This document shows, one piece after another, positions 1 to 13,344 of a stretch of 64,000 nucleotides of DNA. Numbering within the stretch: the first letter of the stretch is position 1; each line of letters starts with the position of its first letter. A program made the translations under genes and the position numbers. The notes under the pieces were generated by a model. That model was not told the origin of the DNA, ran no database searches, and saw only the letters and a list, made by a program, of their open reading frames with translations. The stretch spans positions 4,612,944 through 4,676,943 of the forward strand of contig OZ316894.1 of assembly GCA_973895155.1 (NCBI GenBank), read 5' to 3'. This DNA comes from Marsupella aquatica. Its lineage: Eukaryota > Plantae > Marchantiophyta.

Positions 1-16
1 CGAAACCGACCCGGAG

Positions 17-943
17 GTGGAGATTGCGGCAGTCACAGCAGCCATACTTGAGGAATCGACGCCTCCCGACACGAAGAGAACTCGCCCAAACAAGGTGAAA
101 TTTATTAACGAGGAACGACCCAAGAGGAGAGCGACCGATTCAGAGAAGAAGAAGGCCAAGATAATCGAACCCGAGGAGGAAAAAGAAGAGAGTAGCTCAG
201 CCAACGAGGAAGAAGAGCTCGGCAACGAAACAACAGTCCAGAAGAAGAAGTCAGTTGGATCGAGTAGAGCCCGTCCGAGGGAAGTTTTCCATGTGCTTAA
301 ATTCGAAAGGATGGAGCCCCATATCTTGAAGAACATGAGAGACCCAACTCACCGGAAGTTCTTACGGTCGCAAGGATTAGAGGATTTCGTGAATTCGACG
401 TGGAGTGTTCCAACTAAGCTACAAGCCGAGGACTACAGCAAATTCATCTCCACGTGGAGGCCCACCGAGAACCAAGGGAGATGCAGGGGGCAAATCATCA
501 AGACCAACCATCGGACATTGCATGAGTTATTCAGTTTGCCAGAGCGAGGAGCGGAAATTAAGAAGCGGATGGGGAAGACCTGGCAGCCCGCCTCATTTCC
601 ACAGCACAAGGAGGTAGATGACACACGAGGCTATCAGACCAAACACTGCACTAATGAGAGAATCAAAGAAAGGTTAGAATTCGTTACCCATGCCCTGCAT
701 TGGAAATGACCTAGGTCAGAGTACCCACGATTCATGATAAAAATCGTGGAAGAAGGGAGTGGTAAGCAAAAGAACTGGTCAGCGTTTTTTTATGAGGGAT
801 TCCATTCGGCGATTAAGCGAGCTCAGCGATTAATAAGTAGCCAGAGCAGTTTGCCGGTAGAAATCGAATCGCATTTTCAAGTTTTAATAGGAAGTCAACT
901 AAAGGAAGGAGGTAGCAAGAGAGGAAGTCCAGCAGTAGCATGA
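17..943 (+). pseudogene. Retrotransposon accessory-type protein (resembles the 'putative plant transposon protein'/Transposase_32 fold), interrupted by one stop
   Basis: ORFs 17..709 and 734..943 are in the same frame and separated by a single TGA (707-709). Motifs KFISTW...CRGQIIKTNHRTLHELFSLP and KNWSAFF resemble Ty3/gypsy accessory ORFs. The N-terminus is K/E-rich. Confidence 0.5.
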
Positions 944-2139
944 CCCAAGACCGCAGACAAGACAGAGAAGGTCGAACCGACCGAGAAGCGCAGGACGACA
1001 ATGCATACAAGGAAGATAAACAACTAGGAGACGATCGATCGCCAATGCGAGTAACGAGGAGGACGGTCACGGAGCAGCCACCAACGAAGGACCAGGAGGG
1101 ACCAGCTGAAACCAAGAAGTACTCAACGGCAGCGATTGAAGACGAGGATCTTAATTATGCTTTATCAGCGATTAGAGAAAAAGAGGCACAACTAATACTG
1201 CAGGAGGGAGGATTGGAAGGGCTACGAGCTGAGATCAAAATGGTACAAAAGAATAGCATTTTCAACGTCATGGTGGGACAGATCGTCAGTCAGATGTCAA
1301 TTTATCAGGGGATACAAAGTGCTCTATTACAGTTGCAGTGGGACAAGCAGGAAGAAGACATGGCAAGGAAGTTAGCCCAGCAGGAAGAATCGACAAAATG
1401 GGCAGTAGAGGCCGAGGGGACGATTAAGAAGTTACTCACCCGAAATGCAGAGTTGTTACAAGAAAATGATCGATTAGCGACTAGTGAACGAGGATGGAGG
1501 CACGAAGAAACAGCCATCAAAGACTTAGCCGAATTCCTGGGCATCGAGAAGATACAAGCAGGGGGGTTAACAAGCAACGATAGGGAAGTAATCGCGGCCA
1601 TCCAAGCAGCGATTACCACGGTAAAGATGGAGAAACGAAAAGCCAACCTACAGACGGAGCAGGGTATAGAGAAGCTAAAGGAGATCGAGAAGTTGAGACT
1701 CCAACTCAAAGAAGAAGCAGCACAGCAACAGAGCATAGCCAGCAAGTGGGAAGTCGAACGCCAACGTGTAGAAGAACTGAAGCATAAAATCAAGGATCTG
1801 GATACACAACTCAGCCAAGCCACCTTACAAGGGGATCCGACGACGGCTTCAGGAGAATCCACGCTAGAGACCGCAAGGTATAAGGAAGCCGAAAGTAGGA
1901 TCGGTCAATTAGAAGTACAACTTGCAGACGCCTTGAAACAACGACCAGAGGGGAACGAAGCAAACGGGGAGCTGGAACAGCTCAGGTCAGAGCATGACCA
2001 ATTGTCGCAAGAATTGGAAGACAAGGAAAGATCTATTCTAGATCTCAGGTCGGAGGTGAGGAAGCTCAAGGCACAAGTCCGAACACAGATCAACCCAATT
2101 AAGAAACCAGGTGTTAGCGGGGGCAATGGAGTCGAATAA
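940..2139 (+). CDS. Long coiled-coil protein of the element (possibly the C-terminal part of the upstream ORF after a frameshift)
   Basis: 399-aa ORF rich in E/K/Q/L heptads. The frame stays open past the TAA to 2190. Confidence 0.55.
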   Translation: MTQDRRQDREGRTDREAQDDNAYKEDKQLGDDRSPMRVTRRTVTEQPPTKDQEGPAETKKYSTAAIEDEDLNYALSAIREKEAQLILQEGGLEGLRAEIKMVQKNSIFNVMVGQIVSQMSIYQGIQSALLQLQWDKQEEDMARKLAQQEESTKWAVEAEGTIKKLLTRNAELLQENDRLATSERGWRHEETAIKDLAEFLGIEKIQAGGLTSNDREVIAAIQAAITTVKMEKRKANLQTEQGIEKLKEIEKLRLQLKEEAAQQQSIASKWEVERQRVEELKHKIKDLDTQLSQATLQGDPTTASGESTLETARYKEAESRIGQLEVQLADALKQRPEGNEANGELEQLRSEHDQLSQELEDKERSILDLRSEVRKLKAQVRTQINPIKKPGVSGGNGVE

Positions 2140-2329
2140 GCAGCAACGATTACCGAGCAATACGGACATCGAGGGCGAGTCCGTAGGTAAGTAAAGGAGG
2201 ATGTAAACGGTAACATTACACCGGTTAAATTATAGTCCTTTAGTCTTAGAAGCGTCAGCCAGAAGTTAATCCAGGGTATTTAGGGAGCAGCACGCAAGGA
2301 CCGGTAGCAGTTCATTGCATCCTGTTAGA

Positions 2330-2938
2330 ATGGCGGAAAGGCTAGAATTAGGGGAGGTGACGATCATCGCGATTAGTGGCCGGACAGGAGTAGAGTTCTG
2401 TTATAAAGGTTGCGATGGCTTTCTAGTAGATGGCAAGGTCTGTGCCTTAGGCACAAGGGCTCGACAGAAAAGACAAGAGGGGACCGACATGGGAACCCCT
2501 ATTAGCCAAAATCGAGTAGGGCATAGGTGTAAACCGCTAGGCGAAGGAGTGCTTATGTTTATGTTCACCATTCGGGTGAAAGAAGGGAGCTGTCGTGTCT
2601 GGGATGAGGCCGGGCAACAATTGTTTGGAATGAAGGGCGAAGAGTTTCGTCAACGATTCACGACCAGCGGGGCCATTGAGGAATTCTGCAGAAATGTCAT
2701 GCGGAAGAAGTGGAATCTGGTACTAAGGCGGGATAACAACCGCGATCAACGGATTGCATGGCGATTAATCACCGCCGGTCAAGTAATCGTCTCCAACAAA
2801 GCGACTACCGCTAAGGAAGGGGACGATAACCTAAATGTCGTTTCACACTTAGCAGGATTGGCGATCGAAAGTCCGGAAGCTTCTAGTTCAGGCGCCATCA
2901 AAGAAGAGAATCAAAGGCGTCGTTGCACAGTTCAGTAA
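2330..2938 (+). CDS. RPA70 C-terminal-like (Zn-ribbon + OB-fold) putative ssDNA-binding protein
   Basis: FCYKGC...C...C followed by FMFTIRVKEGSCRVWDEAGQQLFGMKGEEF matches the Rep_fac-A_C pattern (YxxC...lxixDxxgxxxvtxFDEaaEqlfG). First ATG is at 2330. Confidence 0.6.
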   Translation: MAERLELGEVTIIAISGRTGVEFCYKGCDGFLVDGKVCALGTRARQKRQEGTDMGTPISQNRVGHRCKPLGEGVLMFMFTIRVKEGSCRVWDEAGQQLFGMKGEEFRQRFTTSGAIEEFCRNVMRKKWNLVLRRDNNRDQRIAWRLITAGQVIVSNKATTAKEGDDNLNVVSHLAGLAIESPEASSSGAIKEENQRRRCTVQ

Positions 2939-3449
2939 CCACGGGAATCTTCTTGACATGTAAACACGGTTCTTGGCTCGCTCATCGTTCTTGGCAGGAG
3001 ACAGTTAGAGTTTCTTGGCAGATTAGCGCAGGAGACCGTGGCTGAAGGGCGAACCGTCCAACTGAAGTCGGCGCGCCCCGGAAAGTAGTTAGAAACCTCA
3101 GCAAAGACGGACGCGAGGCATAGGTATTTAGAGGCTGTGGAGCGCTAGGCGCTCTGTCACCTTTTGCTAGGAGCTTGGTTGAGAGGTAGAGCCGGACTCA
3201 CCTCAAGATTACCAGCGTTTTGTATTAGTGTCCCTACTCGTTTTGAGTAGTTTTCGATTATAAAGAGATGTGTATGAATGCAATAGAGTGCAGAGGAACT
3301 TCGTTACCTTGTGCTTGAGCGGTGAGTAAGAGTCCAAAGTCAACGTTGGAAGAATGTTGTGAATCAAGTCAGAAGAAGTAGTAACTTTGAAAGTCATTCG
3401 AAGAAGGAGAGGCATTCGTGATTAATACTGAGAGTCAAGGAGTGCGGTT

Positions 3450-4124
3450 ATGGGAGTTCGCGCGAAGTACTCGTTAGGAACATGTGTTAAGTCGATTAAT
3501 CGTAAATCGCTGGGATGAATGGAAATCATCTCACTACGAGTGAGGACCTTACGGTTTAGCACGTTAAGGCAGAGATTTAACAGACAGCTCGTGGGAAGCA
3601 AGGTCTGGTTGGAGATTGTGTGTATCCAGGACGTGACCTTGGTCGTCGTACACCTTCAACATACAGGGTCAACCGTTAAACTGGGGTTCCTACTACGGAT
3701 ACCTCTATTTAAATTGCTTGATTTAGCCAAAGACAGATCGATTGCCAGGAAGGCCGATTGAGGGACAGCAGGACCTAACCCGGTCACTGCTACTATAACA
3801 ACCATGAATGTAGACAGTAAGGCGGACAAGCCTTGCTCCTTGATTAAGTTAAGACCACTGGAATTGTGGATCTGTTCCATCGGTTCCCACCTGATTACCC
3901 GAGCGTTACGCCAGGAGAGTAGTCCCATCTGTTTAATTACTTACCACTAGTGGTGTGGGTTTATCGAGATCATCTACAGGGAGGGTCTGGTGTTGACTGA
4001 AGCAGTCGTGCCCAAGAAGTGGAAGGAAGAGTTAGACATTATAGAGCACTTGGTAGGATTCACTTACGGGGACTATATAGAGGAAGAGGGGAGTACCCCG
4101 CTAGAAGGTCGGTTGATCGTTTAA
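3450..4124 (+). pseudogene. Unknown ~224-codon ORF with three in-frame stops
   Basis: The frame of ORF 3519..3761 extends from ATG 3450 to TAA 4124 with only TGA 3516, TGA 3759 and TAG 3948 (…WCGFIEIIYREGLVLTEAVVPKKWKEELDIIEHLVGF…). Confidence 0.5.
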
Positions 4125-6336
4125 GCGGGAGATACTGCGAAGAAGGCAGTTAGACGTCCGTTAATCGCAAGTCAAACTGGGCGTTTAACAATTTCCTAGC
4201 ACCCTCGAGAAGACTTTGAGATAGAATAGAATGACTACTAGCAGATATTGATCTAGGATTTCCAAGCGGTTTCATGTGGTCTGTTTGAGGCTGTGGTGCC
4301 ATTTGTCACTCTGGAACGATTGATCTCTGAGGTGGCCGACTGTTTCCTGGCTTTATGTTTTCTCTTAGCTTGGGTGGTTCTTGCCCCGGCCTGCTATAAA
4401 GCCTCAGCATTTATAAATTAAAAATAATAATTAAGGCTTTTGTGATTTTTGTGTTTATACATTTTGAGTGTATTAATTTTCCATAATGCCCTCTAAGGAG
4501 TACATTATGGTAATATAAAACAGGGATCAGATGGTGGGAGAACAAAGATGAGCAAGAATACTAAAGATTTGGTTTGCACGTCGGTGTTTTTGGTCGGCAC
4601 CTTATGTTCAAAGGACGGGGAATAAGTGAAAACCTAGGTTAGAAAACTTTTAGCTAAAAAAGTTAAATTGGTCACATGTAATAGGCCAATATATACTAAA
4701 TCAAGTAGCGGGAAAACTTGTGGTCGGGAAAGTTCAAAATGTACACCTGCGATGCGAAAGTCTCCAAGCAAGTAAAAAAAACTTTTCCATAGAAAATTGC
4801 GAACCAAATTACACATACAATACACATGGAGGCATACCGGCAGCGGTCAGGATCTCGGGCAGATGAAAATACCACACCACCCGGGCAGTTCTGTACCGTC
4901 AATGCCAAAGACACAAAATTTCCCGTACAGATGTTGGAGCAGAGGAGAGGATCACCGCCCGGGCAGGTCAGGGACAGGGTCAGGCAGGAACAGACAAATG
5001 GGTGACGTAAGCATATTCTTGTGGGTGTCAGAGGAGAGGAGTCGAGTGTGGAGCTGCGGGCGCCCGGGCAGTTCCGGTCTGCGCGCCGGGTCAAGTCGTA
5101 TGGTAGACTGGCAAATAATGGTGACCTGGCCTGATTTCATTTTGAAGGGTGTTTACTGAAATTGTATATATATATTCGGATGTTATATTCTGAAGAAAAT
5201 ATGTGCCAAAAAGGCTCATTTTGAAGAAACCAAAGTCTGGATTGACTTGAAAGTTTTCTCCTATCATTCTCATGGACACAGACACATAAACTAAACATTT
5301 TACACCTAATGATGAGAAAACCTAGATAATCAATGTTAGAATTAACTATTTACCTACATTTCAAGTATGTTAGGAGACTCTATACCCTTGAAAGTTAACT
5401 CAAAATATGTATTGAATGAAACAAAAGTTTACATCTAGTATTGTATTTTAAATTGTTGAGACCTTGTGATGGCAAAGTATTGGAAACTCTTATTGTAACA
5501 AGTGTAACGCTCTTTGAAAAATATCATTTCTTGGAGCTCTGCAGTGGGAAATTTAATTGAAGCCATCTTTGTGAAAGAGCAACTCTCTCTGAAAAATAAG
5601 ATTTCTCAACAATACCCTCTTAGATTAAAATCTGAGATAGCTTTGTTGCAACAAAATAAGTCAAACCCCTCCTTAACACAAGAGCAATACTCCATGGAAA
5701 ATATAATTTAATCTCAAGAACAATGCTCTATGAAAATCAAGATTTGCACCCAGTTTTCCTAGTGGAAATTGTTATATTGGTTCATAGGGATTGTGTTTCT
5801 TCTTGCCCCCTTTTGTGGGATTTTTGAGATCTATTATAAACATAAAAATATTCTTGAGTAAAAATTTGAATTAATTTTGCTTTTGCTCATTGAACAAACT
5901 ACTTGAGACCCTAGAGTAAATTGTGAAGAGCTTAGTCTATATAATTTTATTACCATTAAGGCCAAATAAGGCATAAAAATACCTAAACATACTTTACATA
6001 TTTTATGGTTTTTTAATGAACTCTAAAAAAAATGGTTAAAGTGACTAGCTTGAGGGAAAAGGATATTAAGAGAATACAACTATACTTGCAATCAATGCTG
6101 ATCAGGTTGATACATGATAACTTTGGACAGAAATGTACATAGGTGATGCTTTGACAAGGTACTTTTGGACAGGTAAACAAAAATGATGATTTGAGATGAT
6201 ATTTTTGGAGACAAGTGTAACAAATAGTATCCAAGCATATATGTATGTTTGATTCAAGTCCATCCAAGTTTGGTTTGTCCATGGGGGCTTCATAAAAAAA
6301 CATATGAGTCCATCCGGACTTTAAGTTCCATTTTAA

Positions 6337-6620
6337 GGTTGTTTACTGAAATTGTATATATATTCGGATGTTATATCCTGAAACAAATATGTGCAAAAAT
6401 CTGTTCTCTGGCACTCTGCAAATTGGGCAAGTCTTAAAATAAATTTATCTGCTACTTTCTTATGACGCAAATTGTGTAAAACGTTTTTGATATATTCTGC
6501 TACTTGCTTATTATGAAGCCAGTTGTGTAAAGGTTCCAATTTATCTGCTACTTGCTTATTATGACATAAGTTTTGTAAAAGTTTTAATTTATCTGCCACT
6601 TTGGTAATGAAGCAAATTCT
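6337..6620. repeat. Degenerate tandem array of TTTATCTGCTACTTGCTTATTATG-like units; part of a dispersed repeat
   Basis: About 5 units at 6445-6610. The motif recurs at about 10534, 10634 and 10888, and 6337-6400 resembles 5148-5212. Confidence 0.6.
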
Positions 6621-8929
6621 GCAAATTTTTACGGGTCTAGTTAGAGACTCTTGTAATTGTGAAATCTGTGAAAAATCCACATTATCCCATAAATTCTAAA
6701 CCATTGGATCTGTGTAATTGGACCATCTAGATTCTTTTCATGTGTGAGCACTTGTGTGAACACTCATGTGAGACAAAAATGAGAACTTGATTCTCAGCCA
6801 TTGGATGTTTCTAATTGGAGCATCCAGATTTCTTGCATGTGAGAACTCTTGTATATTCCTTGGATGGGGGACACTTGTATGCAGAATCATGTGGGACAAA
6901 AATGAGAACCCGTATCAGATTGCATTAGAATATTAGACAATGTCCATGCAATCATGTCACACCAAAATAGATGCATGTACGTCATTTTTATTAACCATGT
7001 CATAATGAATGAGTGGACATGTCCAATTAACTTACCCCTCATTCCATGTCTCCACATCCATTTTACATCAACTTGTCATCAAACAATATGATAGACTACT
7101 ATCCCCCAAAAGCACTATCATTTTTACAAAATGAGGAAAAAGTGAGAGTAAATCCTAGCCCTTTATCAAAAATTAATTTTTTTGGCACCATCAGATCCAC
7201 CTAGACACCCCACTAGACACTCCTCCCAACTCAAATGTCTGTAAGAATGCCTGCTCGCATCTGCCAAAAATGAAAATTATAATAAATTTTGGAAATTTTG
7301 GAAAAATCTGAATATCTAAACTATTATTTAAATACACATATCAAGAGTCACCCAAATAAAATGAATAAATCAGAAAACACTCCCTCATATTGTGCGACCA
7401 TAAATGGACACCCGTCGCACATGCCCATGCACAGACCTTTTCCCTCCCCAATAGCAACACTTTCACAACAATAACATACCTCGAGGGCCTCACGCCAAGG
7501 GTGTCTCATATCAAGCGCAAAGTTTTTGGGGAAAGACACATTAAATATAAGTAAAAGTTTTAATCACTGATTTTTTAAACACAAATTCTTTTGACTTTTA
7601 GAATCTTCTTATAATTTTCATAAATTGATTAAAACAGCCCTAATGTCCTTCCACAAAAATCTATTAGTCTTTCACAAGATCCTATAAAAAAACCTTTACT
7701 TATTTGTACATTATGGGTAGGAAGAAAATAAGCGAGGACCCGTGGACAACAATGACCAAACTGATAACAATTTTACAACATTAACAACCCAACCAAAATG
7801 AGGAGACTTTTGCACCCATGAAGTATGACAAACAATCAGGCCCGTGCTTTTTAATCTGATGGCACTATCATGGTTGTTTTCCAAAATTTGACTGTTTTCA
7901 TCCCAACAAAAGACTGTGAAGCAAAACATGGAAGGGGTCAAAGAGACTGGAAAAAAGGGAGGGGCAATGATCAAGGAGAAAGTGGGAGGCACATGGATGG
8001 GAAGACGTGGCCTTCGAAGCTCAATGGATGAGAAAGGGGAACGCAATGATAACTTTTCTGCAACACATTCTTTTACATACCTACGTATTGTATGCCACTG
8101 TAACATCCGTTGCACAGCATCATACTTTCTGCAATTATATCTTTTGTACATCTTTTGCATAATGACATCTTTTATGTCATGTCATCTTTTGGGTAATGAC
8201 ATCTTTTACACTAGAACATTTTCAATTTGCATAACAATATCTCTGGTGATTAACACAGGTATTGAGCTAGTTTTGCATAACAACCAATCACCCAAAACTT
8301 CATTATGTTCTGTAGAGCCCTTAATGGTGGATGATAGGAATTTTATAACATTACCAAAACTAAACCTCAACTAATATTTTACCCTCGAGTCCTTGCAACA
8401 CTCAATGGTTCCACCATTGGGTTGTTCCAAACTAGCCAGAGTTACTTTGGTTAATCAAGAGTGGGAAAGGGTGGGATTATCATGATTTAACACAAAATAG
8501 TGACATGGTATCCAATTCTATCATTTTGGTGCCCCTCGAGCCTGCAGTTGACCAAGGATGCACTGCACAACAAGGGCACATGAGAACCTTCAAATCAGGT
8601 TGGACTTATCTAGAGAGTATTTGTAGTAGTGTTACCAGTTTGGGACAGGCTCATTCTCACGCTTCTTGAGGCATGTGGGTATCAAATTATGTTTTAGTTG
8701 GCTTGCAGTAACAACTTGTTGGGTGTACTTGTGTGCAGCTCTTCAGAACTTTTCTTACGAGGACTCTAAGTGGATTGCAGGAGTGTGATTCCCCACCAAT
8801 CAAGCAAAACTTGCTTGTGCATTGAAGCTGACTAGCCAACTTTGTCATTTAGATCATCTCTGTGCTTTTTAAATTCGTTTTTATTGCAATGGATAGAAAT
8901 AGCTCCAACTTAGTTTATCACTTACAGAA

Positions 8930-9850
8930 TAGACATGGTGGACTATTTTAGTAAAATCTTAGTAAGTACCAATGAATGTCAAAGTCAAGAATATCACAAA
9001 CGCAAAACTAGTCAATGATTAGTTTTCCACAGAAGACAGATGTTGTGACACAAATGCCTTCTAAGATTTACCTAAGCCCACCTTAAGCCAAGTTGACACA
9101 GGCAGATCAGACCTAAGCTGACCTCAACTGAGCCAATCTGACCAGAAAAAACCTTGTCTAAGCCAAGTTGGCCTTTGCCAACCTAATCTATCTAAGCTAA
9201 CTTCAAAATTTAAGACCAATGTTGTGAATTTTTTATTTCATTTCTGTTGGATAAAAAAGGTGTGAGTCTACTATTTAATAGTATTAATAGACATAGCCGT
9301 ATACTCTGGTAAAAGCTGAGTACCCGATTGGAACTTGAAGTTGAGACATAAAAACAGATATTCAAAGATATATAAAATAGACAAAGATAGCCAATGATCA
9401 ATTTAATTGCCACATATACACAAATCTCTTCTTAGGTGATTTACCTGAGATCATTTCACTTAAGCTGCTTTACCGAACCTGACCTTAAGTCAACCTGACC
9501 TAAGCAGATCTGACCTCAACCAACCTTACCCCTAAGCTAAATTTACATATGCTGACGTTACATACGCTGAATTCAAAACTTAGAGCATGGTTTCAAGAGC
9601 ATTTTTAACTTTCATTCGTACTTGATTTAAAAATTGAAAGTTTTAGAGCTCATAGAATATACATGGTGACCATATACTGTGGCAAAATCTTAGTACCAAT
9701 GGAGCATTGGGTCAAGAAAAAAAAACAGGCAAAGATAGCCAACATTTGTCGGATTAGTATGCCACATAAGACATAATTAAATGCCTTTTAAGCTGATTTG
9801 ACCCAGGCAGATCTAACCTGAGCCTACCTCATCTATGCTGATATGACCTA
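8930..9850. repeat. Three degenerate ~360-bp tandem units containing GACCTAAGC-like microrepeats
   Basis: Blocks such as 'acatggtg…aaaatcttagta…accaatg' and 'caaagatagccaa…gccaca' recur, followed by acctaagc/acctcaac runs. Confidence 0.55.
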
Positions 9851-12800
9851 GGAAAACTTAAAGAAAAACAATATTCATTCTGGGAGCTTGTTTGTTTGGG
9901 TTTGAGTGGTCCTCACCCTCTTTCCCCCTTTATTCCTAAAAAAAAAACAGAAAAACAATTCAATCAATCTACAAATCAATGTGGCATGGAAGAACTAGGA
10001 AACATTAAACCTTATAACTCTTTCCATGATATGTGAAGGGTAGTGAAATGAATGTCTTTTTGCATTTGAATGGACATCCTTATCATTTGCTAGTTGTGTT
10101 GAGATACATGTGTTGAGGAACCAGGGTTCAACGCACAATCTATCTTGAATTAAAAGATGTTTGGTTCACCCATTTTAGGGTGCATCCTTGACCAAAAGGA
10201 AAAATTGACTATATATATTAACACCATACATTGGCCATAGCTTAATAGCACTAATTCATGGTAAAGTACGTTGTGTTCAGAGAGTTAACCTATTTAATCA
10301 CTTGCTTGAGCTAGGTATCAACAAGTTGTTATCCCTTGCTACTCTCAACAATGTTGTTATAAATGGGGCACTTGTAGAAGAACCCTACATCCTAATTCTC
10401 CCTCACCCACCTTCCCTTACCACATCAAACAACTTTCCTTTTGGTAGAGTCCAATTGAGAGAAAAGTGGTTAGAAATTTAGAGTTCAATAATGTTACCAA
10501 CAACTCACAACTAGACCCACATACTGGTTTAAGTTTATCTGCTACTTGCTTATGCAGAGTAAAACCGAGATTGTCTTCTGGAATTAAGCTCTGAAGAGAA
10601 ATCTGTGCAAAAAGCTTTTACTCTCAATTTTAATTTATCAGGTACTTGTTTATTATTTCACAATGGTGTAAACATATATAACACACTGCACAAAGGCAAA
10701 AAAGGTCTAACCGGGAGACAAGATCCCAAAGGCAACACAACCCAATGAAGGGGAGGAAAAGAGAGGAAAGGGCCCCAAGAAAAACAACCCAAGGGGTCCC
10801 CAACCACAAGCCAAAGAAGGAACAAATTAGGACAAAAAGTAAAAAGCCTTATTTACTTGCTTCTTGTAAATGAAGTAGAAAGTTTTGTTTACCTGCTACT
10901 TGGAAAGTGAAGCTTGGATGGACCACCATGTTGCACACAGTTCTCCTGCGTACCACATTTTGGTGATCCATGTGAATGTTAGGCTTATAACTTGATGATG
11001 ATTATGAGTAACTTGATGCGGGCTTTAGTGCAGCAGGCATTGCCTTTTCATTTTGATTTCCCCCATGCCATTGTTGGAGTCCTTCTTGTGAGATGCAATG
11101 GAAAACCTCCTAAATTGTGGCAGCTGGTCCAGGTATTACCAACTGGTACATTTGGAAAGCTCTGTGCACTCTGGATCGGGGTTAACATTTCAGAAGGAGG
11201 GATTCAAATCAAAATTTTGATGGAGATGTGTCTGTGTATGAAAATTGCGTGGTCTTGAGGGTATAATTGGCTTTTGGTGCAGGATGCTGGTTATCACCAA
11301 CAGGAGTTATCTGGTCAGATGGTGAGGGACTTTGCTTTGTGTGGGTGGCCTTTTTAGCCTGCTGGATGGAGTCTTATTGATTGACGTTTGCCAGTGGTGT
11401 GCATTAGACCCCCCCTGAATGTAGCGGATTTTAGATTCACTCTAGGTTTTGATGATTGTTTGGTCATCCAAGGTGATTAGTTTAGTTTTCCATTTGTGTT
11501 TTGGTCGGTACAAAGAGTTAATCCTTTCTCTGGATTTTTGCCATTTGACAGATGTTCAGCGCCCACTTACGTGCTGGTCCTCTTCATTTCTGTTGGCTGA
11601 GTCAGCCCTCTTATTTGCCGTGTGACTTAGTTGTTTTTTCTTAGTTACTCTCTTTTCCTTTTCCCTCGGGTTGAAAGTGTTTGATCCAAGTGCTGTTGGC
11701 CTTTCTATCTTTTTTGATCTTTCCTGTTATTCCCAGTGTTTTATTGAGTTTGACTTTCCATATAAGTAAAGTGCTTCTTTCAAGGGAGAAAAAATACCCT
11801 GCATATGGAAAATGAAGCTCGGATGGACAGAGTGATTGAGGAGGGAGTCCCTGGTGGATTGTGCCCTGCCTCACAGTCATAGAGAGTCAAGCATGAAGTC
11901 TTTTGGGTCTTCAACTTCATTTTGGACGTCCTTTCACTACGTCAGACAGGTCGTTCCAGAAGCCACTATGGATGAATTAGTGACATATAGAAATTGAAGC
12001 TTGATGAAGAAGTGCACATGGCTACTTTACTTAGATGAAACATACAGGGCTCGAATGGATAGAATAAAGCCTGTAGCAGGTGTCCATCCACTCACCCGTC
12101 ATATTTGAGTGACAACGCTAAACACTATTACCAGAGTTAAATTTGATCAAACATCGAGGTCCATCCCAGTTGCATATATTTATGGGAGCATTCTGACAAA
12201 CCTGGAGGTGCATCTGGGCTCAGTTTTGAATTGTTTCTAAGAAAGAATTAATAAAAATTCAGTATATTTTCTCCTCTACAGACTACAGCAGAGCGACGAG
12301 TTAAGGAATTAGGACAGTACAGATGCCCGTCTATTTTTGGCCTGCGGGCTGGGGGTGGGAGCGCGATCCCTAGCAGCCCGTCGTCCCCACGGGGGCGCCG
12401 CCAATGGTACCCATGATGTTCGGGGGCTAGTCGAGTCTGCCCCGGTTCTCTTAGCTTGCCCGCGGGCCGAGGCTCCTGACTGACCCTACGACAGCCACGA
12501 AGTCACGAACAACCCATCGCCTCGATTCGCAAGTGTCCCATGAATGTGTGCGGGGGAGGCAGGGGAGGGCAGGGCAGCATCATCTCATTCCGGCGGCCGA
12601 GATGGCGCCTCCCTGTATGGATCTCGCCGTACCGATCCTTCTCCGCGCCAGAGGCCTTTTCGTACCCCTCTGGCTTTACCTGCCCAGCGTTATAAAGGCT
12701 TTTTCCAGTTCGCCAGCATGGCGAATGTCACGAGCGTTTTAATTTTAATTTGTTTTTCTTGTCTTAGAGCATCTCCTTGGTGTATACTATTCTAAGATGG

Positions 12801-13318
12801 AGTTATGTATTCTATTCTAGGATGGAGTTTTTTTTATAAGGTTTATATTGTAAGGATGATATGTCAACATGCAAGCCCAATGGTTATGGCCTTCACCCGG
12901 GAGCTTTACTTGGCTTTACTTGGCTCTTCAACTATAATAAGTGATATCATCTTTTTTCGTCCGTCATCCCCTTATGAAATATAGAATTGGCGGGAATCAA
13001 AACTGGCCTTTAGATATTTTAGAGAAATTTTGTATCCATTCGATTCTATTATCATTTGCCCTCTCTTATCTCAGCCCCCCCCCCCCTGTGGGCCAGCCCT
13101 CATTGCACCGTGCAACGCACGGGCATAGGGCTCGTATATTGATAATTAGGTTTGGTTGGGTTCTTTTGTGGGCCTCTGTTAGGAGCTTTACCTGGCTCTT
13201 CAATTTGTTGATAATTAGGTTTTTAGGTTGGGTTGCTTTTGTGGGCCTTTGTTAGGTCTCCCTCCCTTTTTTGTTCTCTCCCCTTTGTTCCCATAGTCTT
13301 TTGTATTTTGGTAGTTTG

Positions 13319-13344
13319 ATATATATATATATATATATATATAT
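13319..13344. repeat. (AT)n microsatellite
   Basis: Direct reading. Confidence 0.9.

Larger units (their letters stand above)
1..4124 (+). mobile_element. Internal portion of a large decaying mobile element with several accessory ORFs (probably LTR-retrotransposon related); left end lies outside the window
   Basis: Four tightly packed, same-strand, intronless ORFs with in-frame stops. No RT, integrase or terminal repeat is visible in the window. Confidence 0.6.

Noticed and set aside
940-943. ATGA stop-start overlap suggesting translational coupling
   Set aside because: The upstream frame reads on plausibly if TGA was CGA (VARPKTADKTEKVEP…), so a nonsense mutation plus a later frameshift is simpler. 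A consensus of copies would settle it.
1305-1862. 185-aa minus-strand ORF
   Set aside because: Antisense of the coiled-coil ORF.
3268-4035. Alternative plus-strand frame that looks protein-like (W/Y-rich)
   Set aside because: Its stop count is about what chance predicts; the 3450-4124 frame is far more open.
10900-12000. Possible LINE ORF2 remnant
   Set aside because: Composition is suggestive, but no diagnostic RT or endonuclease motif could be read.
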